Of a DNA stretch of 64,000 nucleotides, positions 36,851-49,612 are shown one piece after another (positions within the stretch are counted from its first letter, which is position 1; each line of letters starts with the position of its first letter). Under the pieces are notes generated by a model, which was not told where the DNA came from, did not search any database, and saw only the letters and a list, made by a program, of their open reading frames with translations. Both the position numbers and the translations under genes were made by a program. The DNA comes from Lama glama (lineage: Eukaryota): NCBI GenBank assembly GCA_028534125.1, contig CM052816.1, positions 91,080,001 to 91,144,000 on the forward strand, read 5' to 3'.

Positions 36851-38790
36851 TACAGTGGTACCTGCAGGAAAAGGAGGGAGGAGGTTGACCAGAAAGCTGG
36901 CAGGACTTCAGAGACTCTGTGTTGGTTTTAGAGTGCCAGCTGTGTTTGGATGAAAATAAATTTGAGGAAAACACTCCATAACACTAAGCTTAAAAAGGAT
37001 AAAAGGCTAAAATGGGTAACTGGGCTGGTTCTAATTATTAATAAGAAGGAGACTGACCATCCAGATGATCTCGGTCATAGTTTTCCAGCTGTATCCTGTG
37101 CAGCTCTGGGTTTCCAGGGTTCCGATTCGGGGGCTGGCTTTGGTACTAGTTTACACCCTTATTCCGCTTTTGCAAAATGCATCATGTACACTGTGAATTT
37201 TCACGAGAAACAAATACTGTGTTGGCGACACCAGAGGTCTTTGGTCGGGTACGGGGGGTTCTTACCCTCTCGAGTCAGTAGGTGGAGGGAGGGCTGGCTC
37301 CTGCTTTCTTTCTCTCATTCTTTCAGCCAGCACATGTCTTCTTCCAAGCGGTCAGCTCCTTGAAGACGGAAGCTCTTCCTGGTCTGGCTTGAGGGAAGAA
37401 TCCTGAGCCCGCCGGGGGCAGCATGCGCTCCTGAAGGCCTTGTTTCCCAAGTGAAAGAATAGAGGGTTTTTTTTTTATTTTTTCCCTTTTGTGACAGGAA
37501 GCCACAGAAAGTTTTCCCCTTCCATTTAAAAGTAACCTTTTTCCTTTTTCATGTTTTAAGAACTTTTTTTTTCTTATCATAAGAGTAATTTGTATTTGTT
37601 GCTGAAAAGTAGAAAATAGAGACAGGCGAAAAGAATAGAATAGAAAATATTCATTATTTTCTTAAGCCAGAAAAGAAAACCACAATTAATGCCTCTGTGA
37701 CCCTCTGAAGCACTTTCCCTTCCCCTCCCCCTTCCCCCACTTCCTCTTGTCCTATTTCCCCCTTCTTCAGACCCATCTTTGTTCAGATTATTTTCATCCG
37801 TGTATAATAAATGTATATTCTTACATCAGTAGGATACTGTGCATTTTGTTTTCTAGTCTCTTTTTTTAAACTAACTATATAATGGAAAGACTTTTATAAC
37901 ACGTCTCATCCTTTTTAGCGTAGGAGTTCTTTGCACCATGGTTTAATTAACCTCTCACTGATAGACCTCTAGGGTTTTTTTTCTTTCGCAATTATGAAGT
38001 ATGCTTATATTTATTTTCTCTCTACATGTTTTCCTTTTATGTATGATTTATGAAGTACGTGAAGTATTTACAAGTCATATATGTACTCTGAAAATACATA
38101 TGTGTGTAATTTATAAATGCACAATGTAGTTGGATGGTGTGTCCAGCTGGGGTGCTTGAGCACAGACATTTGGTGGCCCCTAGCATGGGAACCAGATGAT
38201 CCTGGGCGGAATGAAGACTGTAACCACAGCAGGCACAGTCACAAGGGTGGTTACAGAGACAGCTCAGTGTGTGAGAGTTGGTGGCACTTGGTGAGTGTCT
38301 TCTCCAGCTGGTGAGGAAGAGGGAAGCGTGAATGTAGCTCCCATGTTTTTGCCTCTGTTGACCATTTGGAGCGTTTCTTCACTTACTGATGTAATTAACA
38401 TTAACTAAGAATATCACCCTGAAATAACAGGCGTATGTGCTGTTCTAGGAGCTAGCTCTACCACGCTCTGTACCAAATTGTTGGGAGATGATAATGAACA
38501 AGAAGTTAAGGTCCCTGTGTACCTTCTCGTGGGAGGGAGGGATTCAGATAGTGATGTGTCAGCAAGTAGTGAAGATCAACTGAGATACTGCTAAATTCTG
38601 TGAAGAAAATGCCTCAGAACGTGGGATTGAGAGTGATGTGAGAAATTTATTCTTTCCCAAAGAAAGAAAAAGAAGAGAAGAAATAGGGGAGGATAAGGGA
38701 AGAACAGGTTTCTAAGAGACGGTGCATCAGCTCTGGACTCGTTTTTGGAGATATTTGTGGGACTTCCAAGTATTGAAAGATAAACAGGCG

Positions 38791-39125
38791 TGCTAAAAAC
38801 TTTAAAGGTATATTGAGCAGAAATCAGTTTGAATCTGGTGGCACCAAACCAGAAGAGAGGGTAGGATGCTCCACTGACTGGAGCCAGGGGCAAGACGTTT
38901 ATAGAGAAAGCTCGGAAGCAAAACAAGGAAATCATTCGATTGGCTGTGTCCTCTGTGGCTGCCCTTACTTGGGAAATCCTGGCTGGCTGTTTGTGATGGA
39001 TTGTCCTTTTCTTTCAGTTTCTTAACCTTGCGTCATTTATAGGCTCAGGTTTTGGTTTGCTAACGTTGGCTTCTAAGGTTAGAACCTCCTCGATCTAATG
39101 GCCTCCTTATTTAATTAATTGAACA
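38791..39125. mobile_element. Probable ERV1-group LTR remnant
   Basis: TG...CA bounded block with TTTATAG, ATTCGATTGGCT and a terminal TCTAATGGCCTCCTTATTTAATTAATTTGAACA, reminiscent of MER-type LTRs. Confidence 0.5.
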
Positions 39126-39360
39126 CAGGTCAGGATATCTAGCAGTCACTGGTGTGTGGGTACATATGTAACAGCTGGCTCTGGGTGGGCAGGGGATAGG
39201 TTGTTGATTTGCAGCTTTTGCCAATTTCCATGCCACAGCTGATTGCAAACAAACTCCTTCACAGCACTGAGCACGGCATGGGGAGAGATGTTAAGAGTTT
39301 TTTTCATGAGCAAATCAGAGGCAGCTCCGTTGTACCACAGCTAGTGGGTGACAGGAGCTA

Positions 39361-39807
39361 CAGATCCTCCTTGGTTTATGATGGTGTTGTGTCCTGACAA
39401 ACCCATCATAAGTTGAAAACATAAGTCAGAAATGCACTCAGTACACCTAACCTGCTGAACATCACAGCTTAGCCGAGACCGCCTTAAACGTGCTCAGGAC
39501 ACTGCCATGAGCCTCCAATTGGGCACCATCATCCAACACAAAGCCTGCGTTATAATAAAGTGTTGAATAGCTCATGTGTTGAACACTGTACCGGAAGTGA
39601 AAATCAGGATGGCTGTAAGCGTATTGGTTGTTCTCCTTCCTGATCGCATGGCCGACCAGGCACTGCAGTGTTACCAGAGAGTGTTGTACTGCGTTTTGCT
39701 AGATCGCAAAAATCTCGAAATTCAAAATTCCAAGTACAGTTTCTCCTGAGTGCATCTCTCTTTCACACTGTCATGATGGCGAAAAATTATAAGTTGAGGA
39801 CCATCTG
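39361..39807. mobile_element. TcMar-Tigger MITE (MER47/Tigger5 derivative), near full length
   Basis: TA|CAGATCCTCC...AAACCCATCATAAGTTGAAAA...CCTTAAACGTGCTCAG...TATAATAAAGTGTTGAATA...AAGTTGAGGACCATCTG, with inverted termini. Confidence 0.85.
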
Positions 39808-40744
39808 TGTAGGTTTGGAGTTCTGGAGAGTGAATGACTAGGAATAGAGATTTGGGCACAGAGGTGAGAGGTGAAATTCCAGGAACAGAGAGATTTCTTA
39901 GAGAGATTGTGTAGCATGAAAAGGAAGATGGCCAGTGTTAGAACGCCAGGACTGTGCTCTCGAAGAGTGGTTCCCCCACCGGCAGCAGCAGCAGCAGCCC
40001 CATCTGGGAGCAGATTCACAGCCCATCCCACACCGATGGGAGTGAGTGAGGGTGGGGCCCACTCCTCCGTACTGTTTGAGGTTTAGGAAGCTCGGCCCTG
40101 CAGATCACCTAGCTTTAAGAGCCGGTTAGCAGAGGGACACCTAAAGGATCCAAGAAGGGATGTTGATGTTGAAAGGGGTGGGGCTGAGCACAGAAAGTGG
40201 AGTCTTCCAGCCAAGGGTGGAGAGAGCATCAAGACAAAGAGAGTGGGCAGCAGGGCCGGGCCACTGGAGGGCAGGTAGACTAGATGGACAGTAAGTATCC
40301 GCTGTGTTTGAAGAGCAGTGTGGGCCAGAAGTAGGTTGTAATTGGTGAGGAGTGAGTTGGCCACAGTCTACTTACTGGTTAGGACCTCTGGTTGTAAAGG
40401 GCACAAGACAGAGATTAGGGACTAGAAGGAGATTGTGGTCGGTCTGGGATTTCTGGAAAAGGCCTGGGTACTTTTGTGGGCTGAGGGGAAGTAGAATTTG
40501 GGAAGGTCAGGAACTGGTGAGAAGAGGATGGGACACTTGATACTACACACTGGAGATGAGAGGAGGGGAGGAATGAAGAACTTGGGATACAGCCTGGCCT
40601 TGAAGAAGTTTCCTTATGGGGTCTTGTCTTCAGAGGCTGAAGGGAAGCAAAGATGGGAGAGGGTTTTAGTGGAGAATAGCAGAGGCTGAGTATTGAGGGA
40701 GAAAATGCTCGGTGGACTCTTCTCAGGGATGTTCTGTTGATTTT

Positions 40745-41155
40745 TTTAACCAAAATACACAAAATACTGTAATTTCAACATGTAATCAATATAAAAATAG
40801 GTGATGATATAGTTCCTTTTTTTAATTGAGCAACTTTATTCAAATACTGTCTATACTAAGAATGCAGAGTCATCTCAGTGGAACCAATTTCACTGAAATT
40901 TGCTTTGAAGGACAGATAAGTGAAGTAAGTTCTTACATATTCCTGAGAATTAAAAAAAATACACAAAAAATAGGGGAAAGAGGGAAATATTCCAAAATAA
41001 CTTGGCTATAGATTTTCAGTTTTGAGTTTTTCTAACACAAAATCATCAAGCGGAAAACATTCTTTTTTTCCTATTCCATCCTAAATTCCAAACTAGCCAC
41101 ATTTTAAGTGCTCAGTAGCCAGGCTGGCTAGTGGCTACCGTATTGGACGGTGCAG
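40745..41155. mobile_element. hAT-Charlie element (MER33/Charlie1-derived)
   Basis: ATTTCAACATGTAATCAATATAAAA...ACTAGCCACATTTTAAGTGCTCAGTAGCC..GGCTAGTGGCTACCGTATTGGAC..TGCAG. Confidence 0.75.
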
Positions 41156-41212
41156 ATCTGAAGGGTCCACTGAGTGCTACACAAAATCAAGATGTGCCTT
41201 GTTCTTAGGAGG

Positions 41213-41560
41213 TGACAAAGACTCTCTCTTTGACCAAACTCTAGTCAGGCTCCTCTGAGCTCTTTTTCAGCTAGGCTCTGTCCTTGCGTATGTCCTCAGG
41301 ATCCAGTTTTACCAAGAAACTTGTCAAGTCAGTTTACAGAGAATCCTCCACCCTTGGTATTTGATCACCCTTAGCAGCTAACCACAAATCCCTCACGTCT
41401 CACCATCCCCTAGGTAACACCTGACCCCCTGCCTGCCTTCAGCAAGAATTCTGTGAGTTCAGCTTAGCAGAGAATTAATTATCTACCTCCCGTAGTCATT
41501 TTGTCTCCACTCACAACCACCCACCCCCATTTTTTAGCCATGCATGCTAGTATTGTCCTG
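41213..41560 (+). mobile_element. ERV1 LTR (MER31-like)
   Basis: TGACAAAGACTCTCTCTTTGACCAAACTCTAGTCAGGCTCCTCTGAGC...GCCTGCCTTCAGCAAGAAT. Confidence 0.8.
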
Positions 41561-41737
41561 GAACCTCCAAGAGAGGAAATGTCCCTCCCATTGTCTCTGA
41601 AAGTTCCAGAGCCTCAGTCAGTGCTGCTGGAGGAGAAATGGAAAAAAAAAAGAATGAAACACAAAAACAAAAACAAAACTCTTAGACCAATGACTGTGTC
41701 AAGAGAAAAAAGGACATTAAGAAAAGTGGCCATTTAA

Positions 41738-41864
41738 AAATTTTTTTAATTAAAAAAAGTTTTTTTATAATTTTTTATTGAAGTACTGTCAGTTACAATG
41801 TGTCAACTTCTGGTGTACAGCACAATGTCCCAGTCATGCGTATACATATATGCATTGTCATATT
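41738..41864 (-). mobile_element. Very short camelid-type L1 3' end with TSD
   Basis: TTTTATTGAAGTACTGTCAGTTACAATGTGTCAACTTCTGGTGTACAGCAC; TSD AAAAGT(G/A)GCCATTTAA at 41722-41737 and 41865-41880. Confidence 0.85.
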
Positions 41865-43959
41865 AAAAGTAGCCATTTAACTTTGAAATGACAATTATTT
41901 TCTTAGCCCATATTGTATGACATTACACTGTGAAAGAAAAGAAAAATGCTCACTTAAATATTACTAAAATTAAGCATGTGCAGATTTTGAAGGAGTACGG
42001 GTGTAAAAAAACTTAAACTGTGTTGGACTTGCCAGAATGGATGGTCTCTGCTGTCTGTTCTTCTGGAGGAATGAAAAGAGCCCTCAGCACTGAAGGCTCT
42101 GCCACCAGCAGGTCATCTAACTTTGCTGGACCCCAGATTCGGCACCTGAAAAACCTGGTTGGGTTTTGTGGCCCTCAGGGTCGTTCCCGCATCTGTATTC
42201 TCTGAGTTCTTAAATTCAGGAAGCCCAGTAGATTTTGGGTCAGCAGTGATGAGGGAACCCTTGGCACCCTAATTCCCCACAGGACCGCAGGTGTCATTCA
42301 GGCAAGGAAGCCACCCACTGTGTCCTCCTTCTGGTTTTTGACATCTGTGCCGTCCTGTTTCCCCTTCTTGTCCTTGTGAATTTCAGAAATTAACACAAAT
42401 ATACCTATAGGGGAATTTATGGTTGGAGCAAGTAACTTAAAAATGCATGAAGGAGTGCTTAAAGGAAGTATTTTTAGAGGAAAGTAAAGGACATATTTGA
42501 TCGTAGTAATGGATAATCCATCTCCTACAGCACAGCACAGCCAATTGTCCTTTAAAATTGAGAGGCAGGTTTCAGGGATATAGTAGTCAGTTCTGTCGTC
42601 AGCAGCAGCTAGGTTCAACAACAGCTGCTGTAGGTAGTCAAGGAGCAGCGCAGTCGGAGCTTAAAAGGACCAAAAAAGGTAAAGTTAATGGGATAGAATT
42701 GTTAGAACTGAGAATTAGATCTTAGAATTTGCATTTTTGTGGATCAGGTTACGTAGAAGTGGTGAAATATTCTCGTGGATAACGTTGTCAGTGCCTCAAG
42801 TTTTCCCTTCTTCAGACCCGGAATTTCTAATGACACAGCACATTGCTCCAGTTCTGAGAGGCTCGGGCATGCCTTGATCTTCGGAACCCTGCTTATGACT
42901 GCTTTCTTTCAAGGTCAGCAGTGTTTGAGTTGTGTGTTTGAGCCTCTGCAGCCACTTAGCCTTAGAGCTTGAAGTCTAAAACTTCACCTCTTGTGTGAAC
43001 TATTAAAGAATTGTCACCAATTGCCGCGACACATGTGTCACAAAATAGTGAACGCTGTCTCAAGAAAAGTACATGATATTTGTTTTGACTTTTCAATTTT
43101 TTAATGCGCTAGAAATCACTTTCACACATATAAATGCGAAGTATACATGGAATACAGATACGTGGCTAGGATTAGCTATGACTAATCCTATAACCATGGA
43201 ACACATGTTTTGAAAAGAAAAGTATATTGTTTCTCAATAATTAGATCTTGCTTATGGCCTTACTTAACATTCCCAATCTGGAAAAAGAAAAATGGTTCCA
43301 AGTTTTTATGCAAAGCTTTCAGGATATATTCCTAAAGGGATCTCAGTAACATTTTCCTCAGCCTTTTTTGAAAACAAGCAGAATGAGGGTCCCTGGTAAT
43401 GGGTGACTTGTAGGCAGTGAAGGACCGAGCTATAAAAATGTTTGAGTCTCCAGTGTCCAGCTGCTCCCTGACGGCAGAGCGGTGGCACCTCAGAGGAAGC
43501 CACGTTAGACAAAGGAACACATGGACCCACACTGGTGTGCTGACTTCTGAGTTGAGACATCTAGATGACCCAAAGAAAGACTTTCTGGCAAAACAGTATC
43601 CCTCAAAACCCAGTTATTTATTGACATCCCCTCTTTCGCTGCTCCCTCCACCCCTTTTTGTTGTTGTTGTTAAGTAAGGGATGTTTTTGCTGAGTGGCTG
43701 TGCGTTTCCAGCACAGACGCGCCTCTCGGCTCTGGCAGGTGCTGCCCGTCTTGATCTCCACCCCCGAGCCCCTCCTGTGAGCTGGAGATCTGATAGCCCA
43801 GGCTGAGTTTCAAGCCCTGCCGTCCTTCGGTGGGGTGCCCTGTCATGCCAGGAAAAAAAAAAAAGGGGGAAGAGAAAGGGGAGGCTGGTCTAGGTGAAGT
43901 CATCCCAGGAAAGGTTAATCGCTGGGTGGTGACACCTTCTCACACGACTGGGCAGAAAA

Positions 43960-44110
43960 TGCTGGGCAGCTGGGCAGCGCTTGCTCCCAGCTGCCTGTCA
44001 CGGTCCCAGGAGGAAGAGGTGACCTATTTATTTTTAGAAGGGGACAGTCCTGATAACCCGGCTCTGAGCTTCATTCAAGGCAGGCAGGCGCTTCAGACAT
44101 TTGTAAACAC
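43960..44110. promoter_or_regulatory. Candidate striated-muscle enhancer/promoter module
   Basis: CAGCTG E-boxes (43967, 43988), CTGTCA MEIS site (43995), TGACCT (44020), MEF2 TTATTTTTAG (44028-44037), TGATAA (44051), FOX TGTAAACA (44102). Confidence 0.45.
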
Positions 44111-44244
44111 CTACTTTCTGAGTAAGGGAGGAGCGCTTTTCTCCCAAAAGGAAAGAACTTGACTTACTGGGGTATTCCCCCTCCTGACAGTCACCGTCAG
44201 CGAGGAGAAGAAACCATCTCCACTTTGTTATTATTTCTTTAAAG

Positions 44245-44286
44245 GGCAGCAATGCCTGAAGGTGAAGACTTTGGACCAGGCAAAAG
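44245..44286 (+). other. Candidate small exon: 42-nt cassette, or first coding exon from ATG 44252 (MPEGEDFGPGK-)
   Basis: TTATTTCTTTAAAG| acceptor-like site, GCAATG start context, AAAG|GTAATT donor; host gene not recognised. Confidence 0.3.
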
Positions 44287-46711
44287 GTAATTATGATATA
44301 TATTTACTTTTTCTGGAGTCTATTTCATTTACTAATTATCTTTTAAAAAATATTATTGACTAATGTAAAAGGCAGTTGAAATTAAAATTAAAAAAATAGA
44401 AATGGAATTTTCTTTAGCATGAAGAGAGAGACAAAAAATTAACTGAATATATTCTTAGAAACATATGCTATTGTTTTTCTTGAATGAGGAAGTGATGGCC
44501 TGAAATTATTAAAAAGTGTTTCCTCTTACGCCCTGTAAAGTCTCCTTGAATTTCTTGATGTTTGAGTTTTAACTTTAGATGGTAGTCGTTAGAAATCTAA
44601 GCGAGTGAACATTTTGTAAAATGCTCGCATTTTAAAGACCTGTTGAACATTTGTAAAGGTGAACTCTTAGACCAATATATTGCAATAGACCATTTTACTA
44701 TTGCAATGATTTTTTAACCACAGTTTTTACCTTTGAAAATGTGATCCTTGGGGCTCCCATATGCAGTACATGAGTTGTGTCGATGTTTTTATTAGTAATC
44801 TGGCTCTAAGAAGGGGGCAATAGAGGTGACAAAGGAGGCAGGCGATTATTTCTGTTAATATGAGCATAACTATGTCCACATTGAAAGTTTCCATTTCTAG
44901 CCCCACTGCTGTGTTCACAAAAGTTGTATGAACTGGTGTCACTGGAATTCTCACTAGGGTCACTGAAATTTGGAGATGTATATATATATGCACATCTACT
45001 ATATATATATATATAGTAGAAAGAAAGCTGTTTAAAAAAAGAACAAGAGGTTATTGACGATTTTATTGTCAAAGAAAGTGGAAACTGGTAACTCTCAAGG
45101 AATAGGAACACCACAGTGATTTTTCCGTCCTTGTGTGAGCATCCCTTTTCAGCCGTGGTTGTATAGTGTGTGTGTGTGGACTCTAATCAGTTGTAATCGT
45201 TTCCTTAAAAGCTACTTTTCTCTTTAGTTTCCTAGTTTTCATTTTCTTCCAGATTCCTTCCCAGTCCATCAAAGGGGATGTTAAGTTCACATTTCATTGA
45301 ATAACGAACGAACTTTCTATATAAAATGAAACATTAAATCAACTGCTTGAAGATGATGTTCGTACAAGTGCCTAGAGTTAGGACATGGACTAATTAAATA
45401 GCTAAGAAGACGTTTTCAGAGAAGGTTAAATGCCAGTTAGGGTTTGAGATGATGGGGGCTCTACCAGTATTTATGTGTCCCCTCATGACATTGTAACATT
45501 TCTGAAAGCAGGCCTTTCTCTTTTTCACTTTACATCATGGCTTTCCCACCAACTCTCTGCATAGATGTTTGCACAGAATAGGTATTTTTAATAAATACTT
45601 GTTGAATGGAATGTATTTTTAAACCACTTTATATTTAGGGGACAGGCTGAAGGGAGAGATTTGGCAAAAATGTAATAAGGGTTGCTTAATGAGACATAAC
45701 ATTATCACAGTTAAATTAAAGAGTAATTAAGTTAATTAATTATAGACAATTATAAATATTTTGAACTAACAGTTTGTGATGTAAACTAAACAGACCAGTT
45801 TTTTCCTAAGAATATTGTACTGGTTACAAAAGATAAACAGATAAGAAGGCATATATATAAAAATATATATGGATGTATGTATATAAAATAGGCACATATC
45901 TAATCATTATTATACCAGAAACTAAAAATACATTTGCTGAAAGTGAGAAGCATCTCACTCGTTTGAAGTAGGGTACCCCTGCCCCCACTTTTTCATTCTG
46001 ATGAGGTAACTCCCAGCTCTCAGCAGTTGGTGATTTTCTATAGAATATGCTTTGCCCCGTGCACTTGCTTTTCTTCCCCCCATCTGTACAGGAAGTTAGA
46101 AACGGCACCCTAGCCAGGGGGAATGTTTAGAGCCAGGCTGGAAGTAAAATATCATACTTGTGAGGGAATTTTCCTCTTGCTAAATTTGAGATTAAATGTC
46201 ACTGGACAACTCCCTCGTGCAAGCCATGCCTGAAAGAGAAGTAACTATTATAAGGCTCCTATCTGCTGACAGAACGTGTTCTTGGAGCTTGATTGTAGCA
46301 GGTTCTGGTTGAGGCTCACATACGGGCTTCTTCATGTTACTTCTGTCCTGTTTTGGAATCTGCTGACCCGAACTGCTCTGTAACTGGCTGCGAGCTAACT
46401 CTGCGTTTAATCAGTGGGAACCAAGTACTGGGCCGCTGCGTTAGGGCTCCCGCACTGTGCTTCCCGCACCGCCTGCGTGGCCGGCCTCCTGCGCGGTGGT
46501 CCAGCGTCTCTGACGCACGGTTTCATATTCACCAAATGGATGAGCGTGAACACAGCTGTGGGGTGGGGGCGGGGAGGGAAGCAGAGGAGAGCCCCTCCTC
46601 CTGGCCGTTTATCTTGTTGCCAATAATGAACTCTCTTGGTAAGACCCTCCGGAGACTTTGTGCCAGTGTCAGGGTCAGGAGATGAGGGGAGAGGGTGTGA
46701 AAGAATGCCAT

Positions 46712-46848
46712 GGAGAGGAGGAGAGGGGAGGGGAGGGGACTGCTCAGTGGTAGAGCACATGCCTAGCATGCACGAGGTCATGGGTTCGATCCCCAGTAAG
46801 TCCGTTAAATAAATAAATAAACCTAATTACCCCTGCCCTCCCCCCCCA
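46712..46848 (+). mobile_element. Camelid tRNA-Ala-derived SINE (Vic-1-type)
   Basis: GCTCAGTGGTAGAGCACATGCCTAGCATGCACGAGGTCATGGGTTCGATCCCCAG...TAAATAAATAAACCTAATTACC; possible TSD AATG(C/T)CAT at 46704 and 46849. Confidence 0.9.
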
Positions 46849-47169
46849 AATGTCATTCCTGTGCCAGATCAGGAAGGCAGAAGCCCAAGCAGGCAGCATC
46901 CGGTGCCGAAGAAGAAGAAAGTAGAGACAGCGACCCGGGAAGCAGACAGGATCCAGAAATGTGAGGAAAATTATACCCAGGCCAGATGTCTGCTTCTTCA
47001 TCCCACCTCATTTCGGGTCCCACCTGAGTGGAGTGGATAAGTGAGGCGATGCCTCTTCCAGCTGCCCTGAAGCAGGGGGATCCTAGGCTTCCAAGACCGG
47101 GCCCTGAATGTGTCTCATCTCAGCAGCACCTCCACACAAGATAACTACGTCCCCGTGTCCCCTGGCTCG

Positions 47170-47620
47170 CTTGGGATGTGTTTATCAAGCTGCATCCAAG
47201 CCAGTGGCTGTGCCTGGTGATGGGGTGATGGTCTGGGCCTCCGCTTCTAAGGAGCGCACAGTCTGAATGGGGGAGGCCGGCACAAGTTAAAAAGAATAAG
47301 TAAAGGGTATTTCTGATCAGAAGGACAGAAAAGATAAAAATAAAAATGGTAATGTGGGGAATTACCTGAAAGAGTAGTTAAGACGTGCTCTCTGCAGACG
47401 TGCTCTCAGAGCTGAGACTAGAAGGGGCTGGTCATGTGAGGTGTAAGGAGAGTGTACTGCACGGAGAGGACTGGGCTTGGGTGGAAATCCTGAGACGGCC
47501 TCTTGGGAGCAGAAAGGCAGGTAAAGAGAGCCGTGACTAGGAAAGGGGGTGGCCAGGCCCACAGTGCCTCATGGGCCGCAGTAGGAGGCTGGATGTCATT
47601 CCAGGGTATGAGAGGTCCTG
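47170..47620 (-). mobile_element. L2 fragment
   Basis: AGGAGCGCACAGTCTGAATGGGGGAG...GAGCTGAGACTAGAAG...AGGAGGCTGGATGTCATTCC, a degraded antisense L2 pattern. Confidence 0.5.
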
Positions 47621-49114
47621 AGCGAGCGGCTAGGGGCCGTGGGGCCACCTCAGTAAACACTTGAGAGACATACCGAGGTAATATGTGCTCTCATGAATTG
47701 GATCTTAGCACCATTTTTAACGTCTCATGGAAACATGGATTCTGAGGTGTGATAATGCTAATAACTTTAGGAGCATAACTTGAGTTTGTACGTTGGGAAG
47801 TAGCTGGATAAGCATTTCAGAAATCAGTATGAAGGACACATCGAGAAAATCCAAGGAGAAGGGCTGCTATCCTGGAAGCCACAGAGCAGTCTGGGATCAC
47901 TCCTCAGGTGACGGGTACCTGGGTCCCCCACGTGGGGGTGTAGACCTGTCCTGGGTACTTGGACTCACGTCAGGGCCTTTACTTTGTAAGAGAGAGAACA
48001 GACAGAGAGTCTGGCCCAGCGGTGTGGGCTCTGAGTGTGTGACAGGCTCTGGTATGGGTTTTTTGGACAAGTGTCTCAGAAGTCCATGGGGAGGAAGGAT
48101 GGGCCTGGTGTCCTGCCAACCACGGGACAGGGGAAAGGACACTGAGGGGATGCCCTCTTGGAAACTGCAGAGAGCAGTTGTTTTCCACATTGCTCAGAAG
48201 CATCTGCTTATGCTTTACCCAGATTTAATATTTCCTGCTAAGTAGACTATTACCAAAAGAGCAGTGTGCAGTTTTAGCATTTCAGAAGCAAACCGCTGGC
48301 TGCTAATGCAGGGCTCTCTGAAGTTGGCCATCTGACTTTTCATATAACATAGTGAAGATTCAAAAGTTTGCCAAAGGCCACTGAGCCTCTAAAGCTGGAG
48401 CTCTGTAGTAGGAATCTCAGCTACCCACAGGCCTGTCTGCTCTGCTAGGAGTGGGGAGGATGCTGTACCTTTGGGTTCTGGATATGCCCAGGGCTATTGT
48501 ATTTGAGAAAACCAAAGCTTTCTAAAAGCACGTGGCCTCTTTAGTATTTGCAAATGGCATTAGCAATTTTATTCTTGGAAGATTTAAAAGAAATTGGTTT
48601 AAATATATTCTTTAAGCTAGATGTTTTTAATAATCCAGGTTGGCCCAATTATAGACTTAATTTTTCCTTGTTGATGAAGACTATGCTTTGATAATACTGT
48701 TTCTTTAAAATATACAGTGAGGCTAAGAAAAGCCTCACAAAGAAGTCTGACCAGCACGCCCCAGCTCTGTGTGCCTGGACCTTCAGCTGAGGTGGGTCCC
48801 CACATATTGCAGCTCTCCTATGCCTGCAAAAGTCCTCGTGTTGCCATTGGTTTTGAAATAGTCACAGAGAGGTGTGGTGAATAAACAGGGTTCACACAGT
48901 CAGTAAGTAAAGGAGTAGCTGTTTGAAGGCAGGCTGCTGACCCCTGCGCCTGTGCAGTTAGACACGTCTTCTGTGGCAGGTGTGTGGTGGTGATGCGCTC
49001 CGTGGGCTTGACGCTCAGAAAATCCGTCTGGTCAGGTCGGGACGCAAAGAGAAAGGAGAGGGTGGCTGAAGGTGAATAAGAGAGGTAGGGGAACCCCTTC
49101 TTGGGCCTTGTAGG

Positions 49115-49293
49115 CAGTGGTGTGTTGGCAGATATTGAACAACCGGCTCTCTGATCTTCAGCATTCCTTGATTCCTCTGGTGTAAATACTCCCGCTGTGG
49201 TCCATTTCAAGCCACCTATGAAAGTGGGGTTTGGAAGAGATGCTCGAAACTGGTTCTTGTGAACCCGCAGGGGCCAGCCCCAGCACACAAGTG
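49115..49293. mobile_element. hAT-Blackjack MITE (MER63A-like)
   Basis: CAGTGGTGTGTTGG...AACAACCGGCTCTC...GGTGTAAATACTCCC...ATTTCAAGC...GGAAGAGATGC...CCAGCACAC, with inverted termini. Confidence 0.8.
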
Positions 49294-49408
49294 ATGCAAG
49301 AGTGAGCGTTTAATTCTAACTGTGCTCCATCTTCTTCTTTTATGTTATTCCCAAAGTAAAGGTTTGTCAAAGAAATTAATGATTTATTTTTCTTTCACCC
49401 TCCAACAG

Positions 49409-49612
49409 AGTTGTGGGAAATATCTCTCGGGCGTAGACAGTGTTTACCACTTTTGAAATCCTACTTTGACCCAGCTGGGCTAATATTTGGAATTGATTAA
49501 GAAAACGGAGAACAATGCAGTCTGTCCTTGTTGCGAGAGAGCTTGTTTAGTGTGAAATAGCTTAACCACCACGGAACAAGCAACGTGCTTCCCAAACCCT
49601 CGCGGCTGCCCG
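49409..49612 (+). other. Candidate non-coding exon
   Basis: Acceptor TTTTTCTTTCACCCTCCAACAG| and donor CCG|GTGAGC; stop codons in all three frames. Confidence 0.25.

Noticed and set aside
39982..39998. (GCA)5 run giving poly-Ala in overlapping ORFs
   Set aside because: Too short, and there is no exon context.
44678..44707. Twice-repeated palindrome TATTGCAAT as C/EBP sites
   Set aside because: Not a canonical full C/EBP site; plausible by chance in AT-rich DNA.
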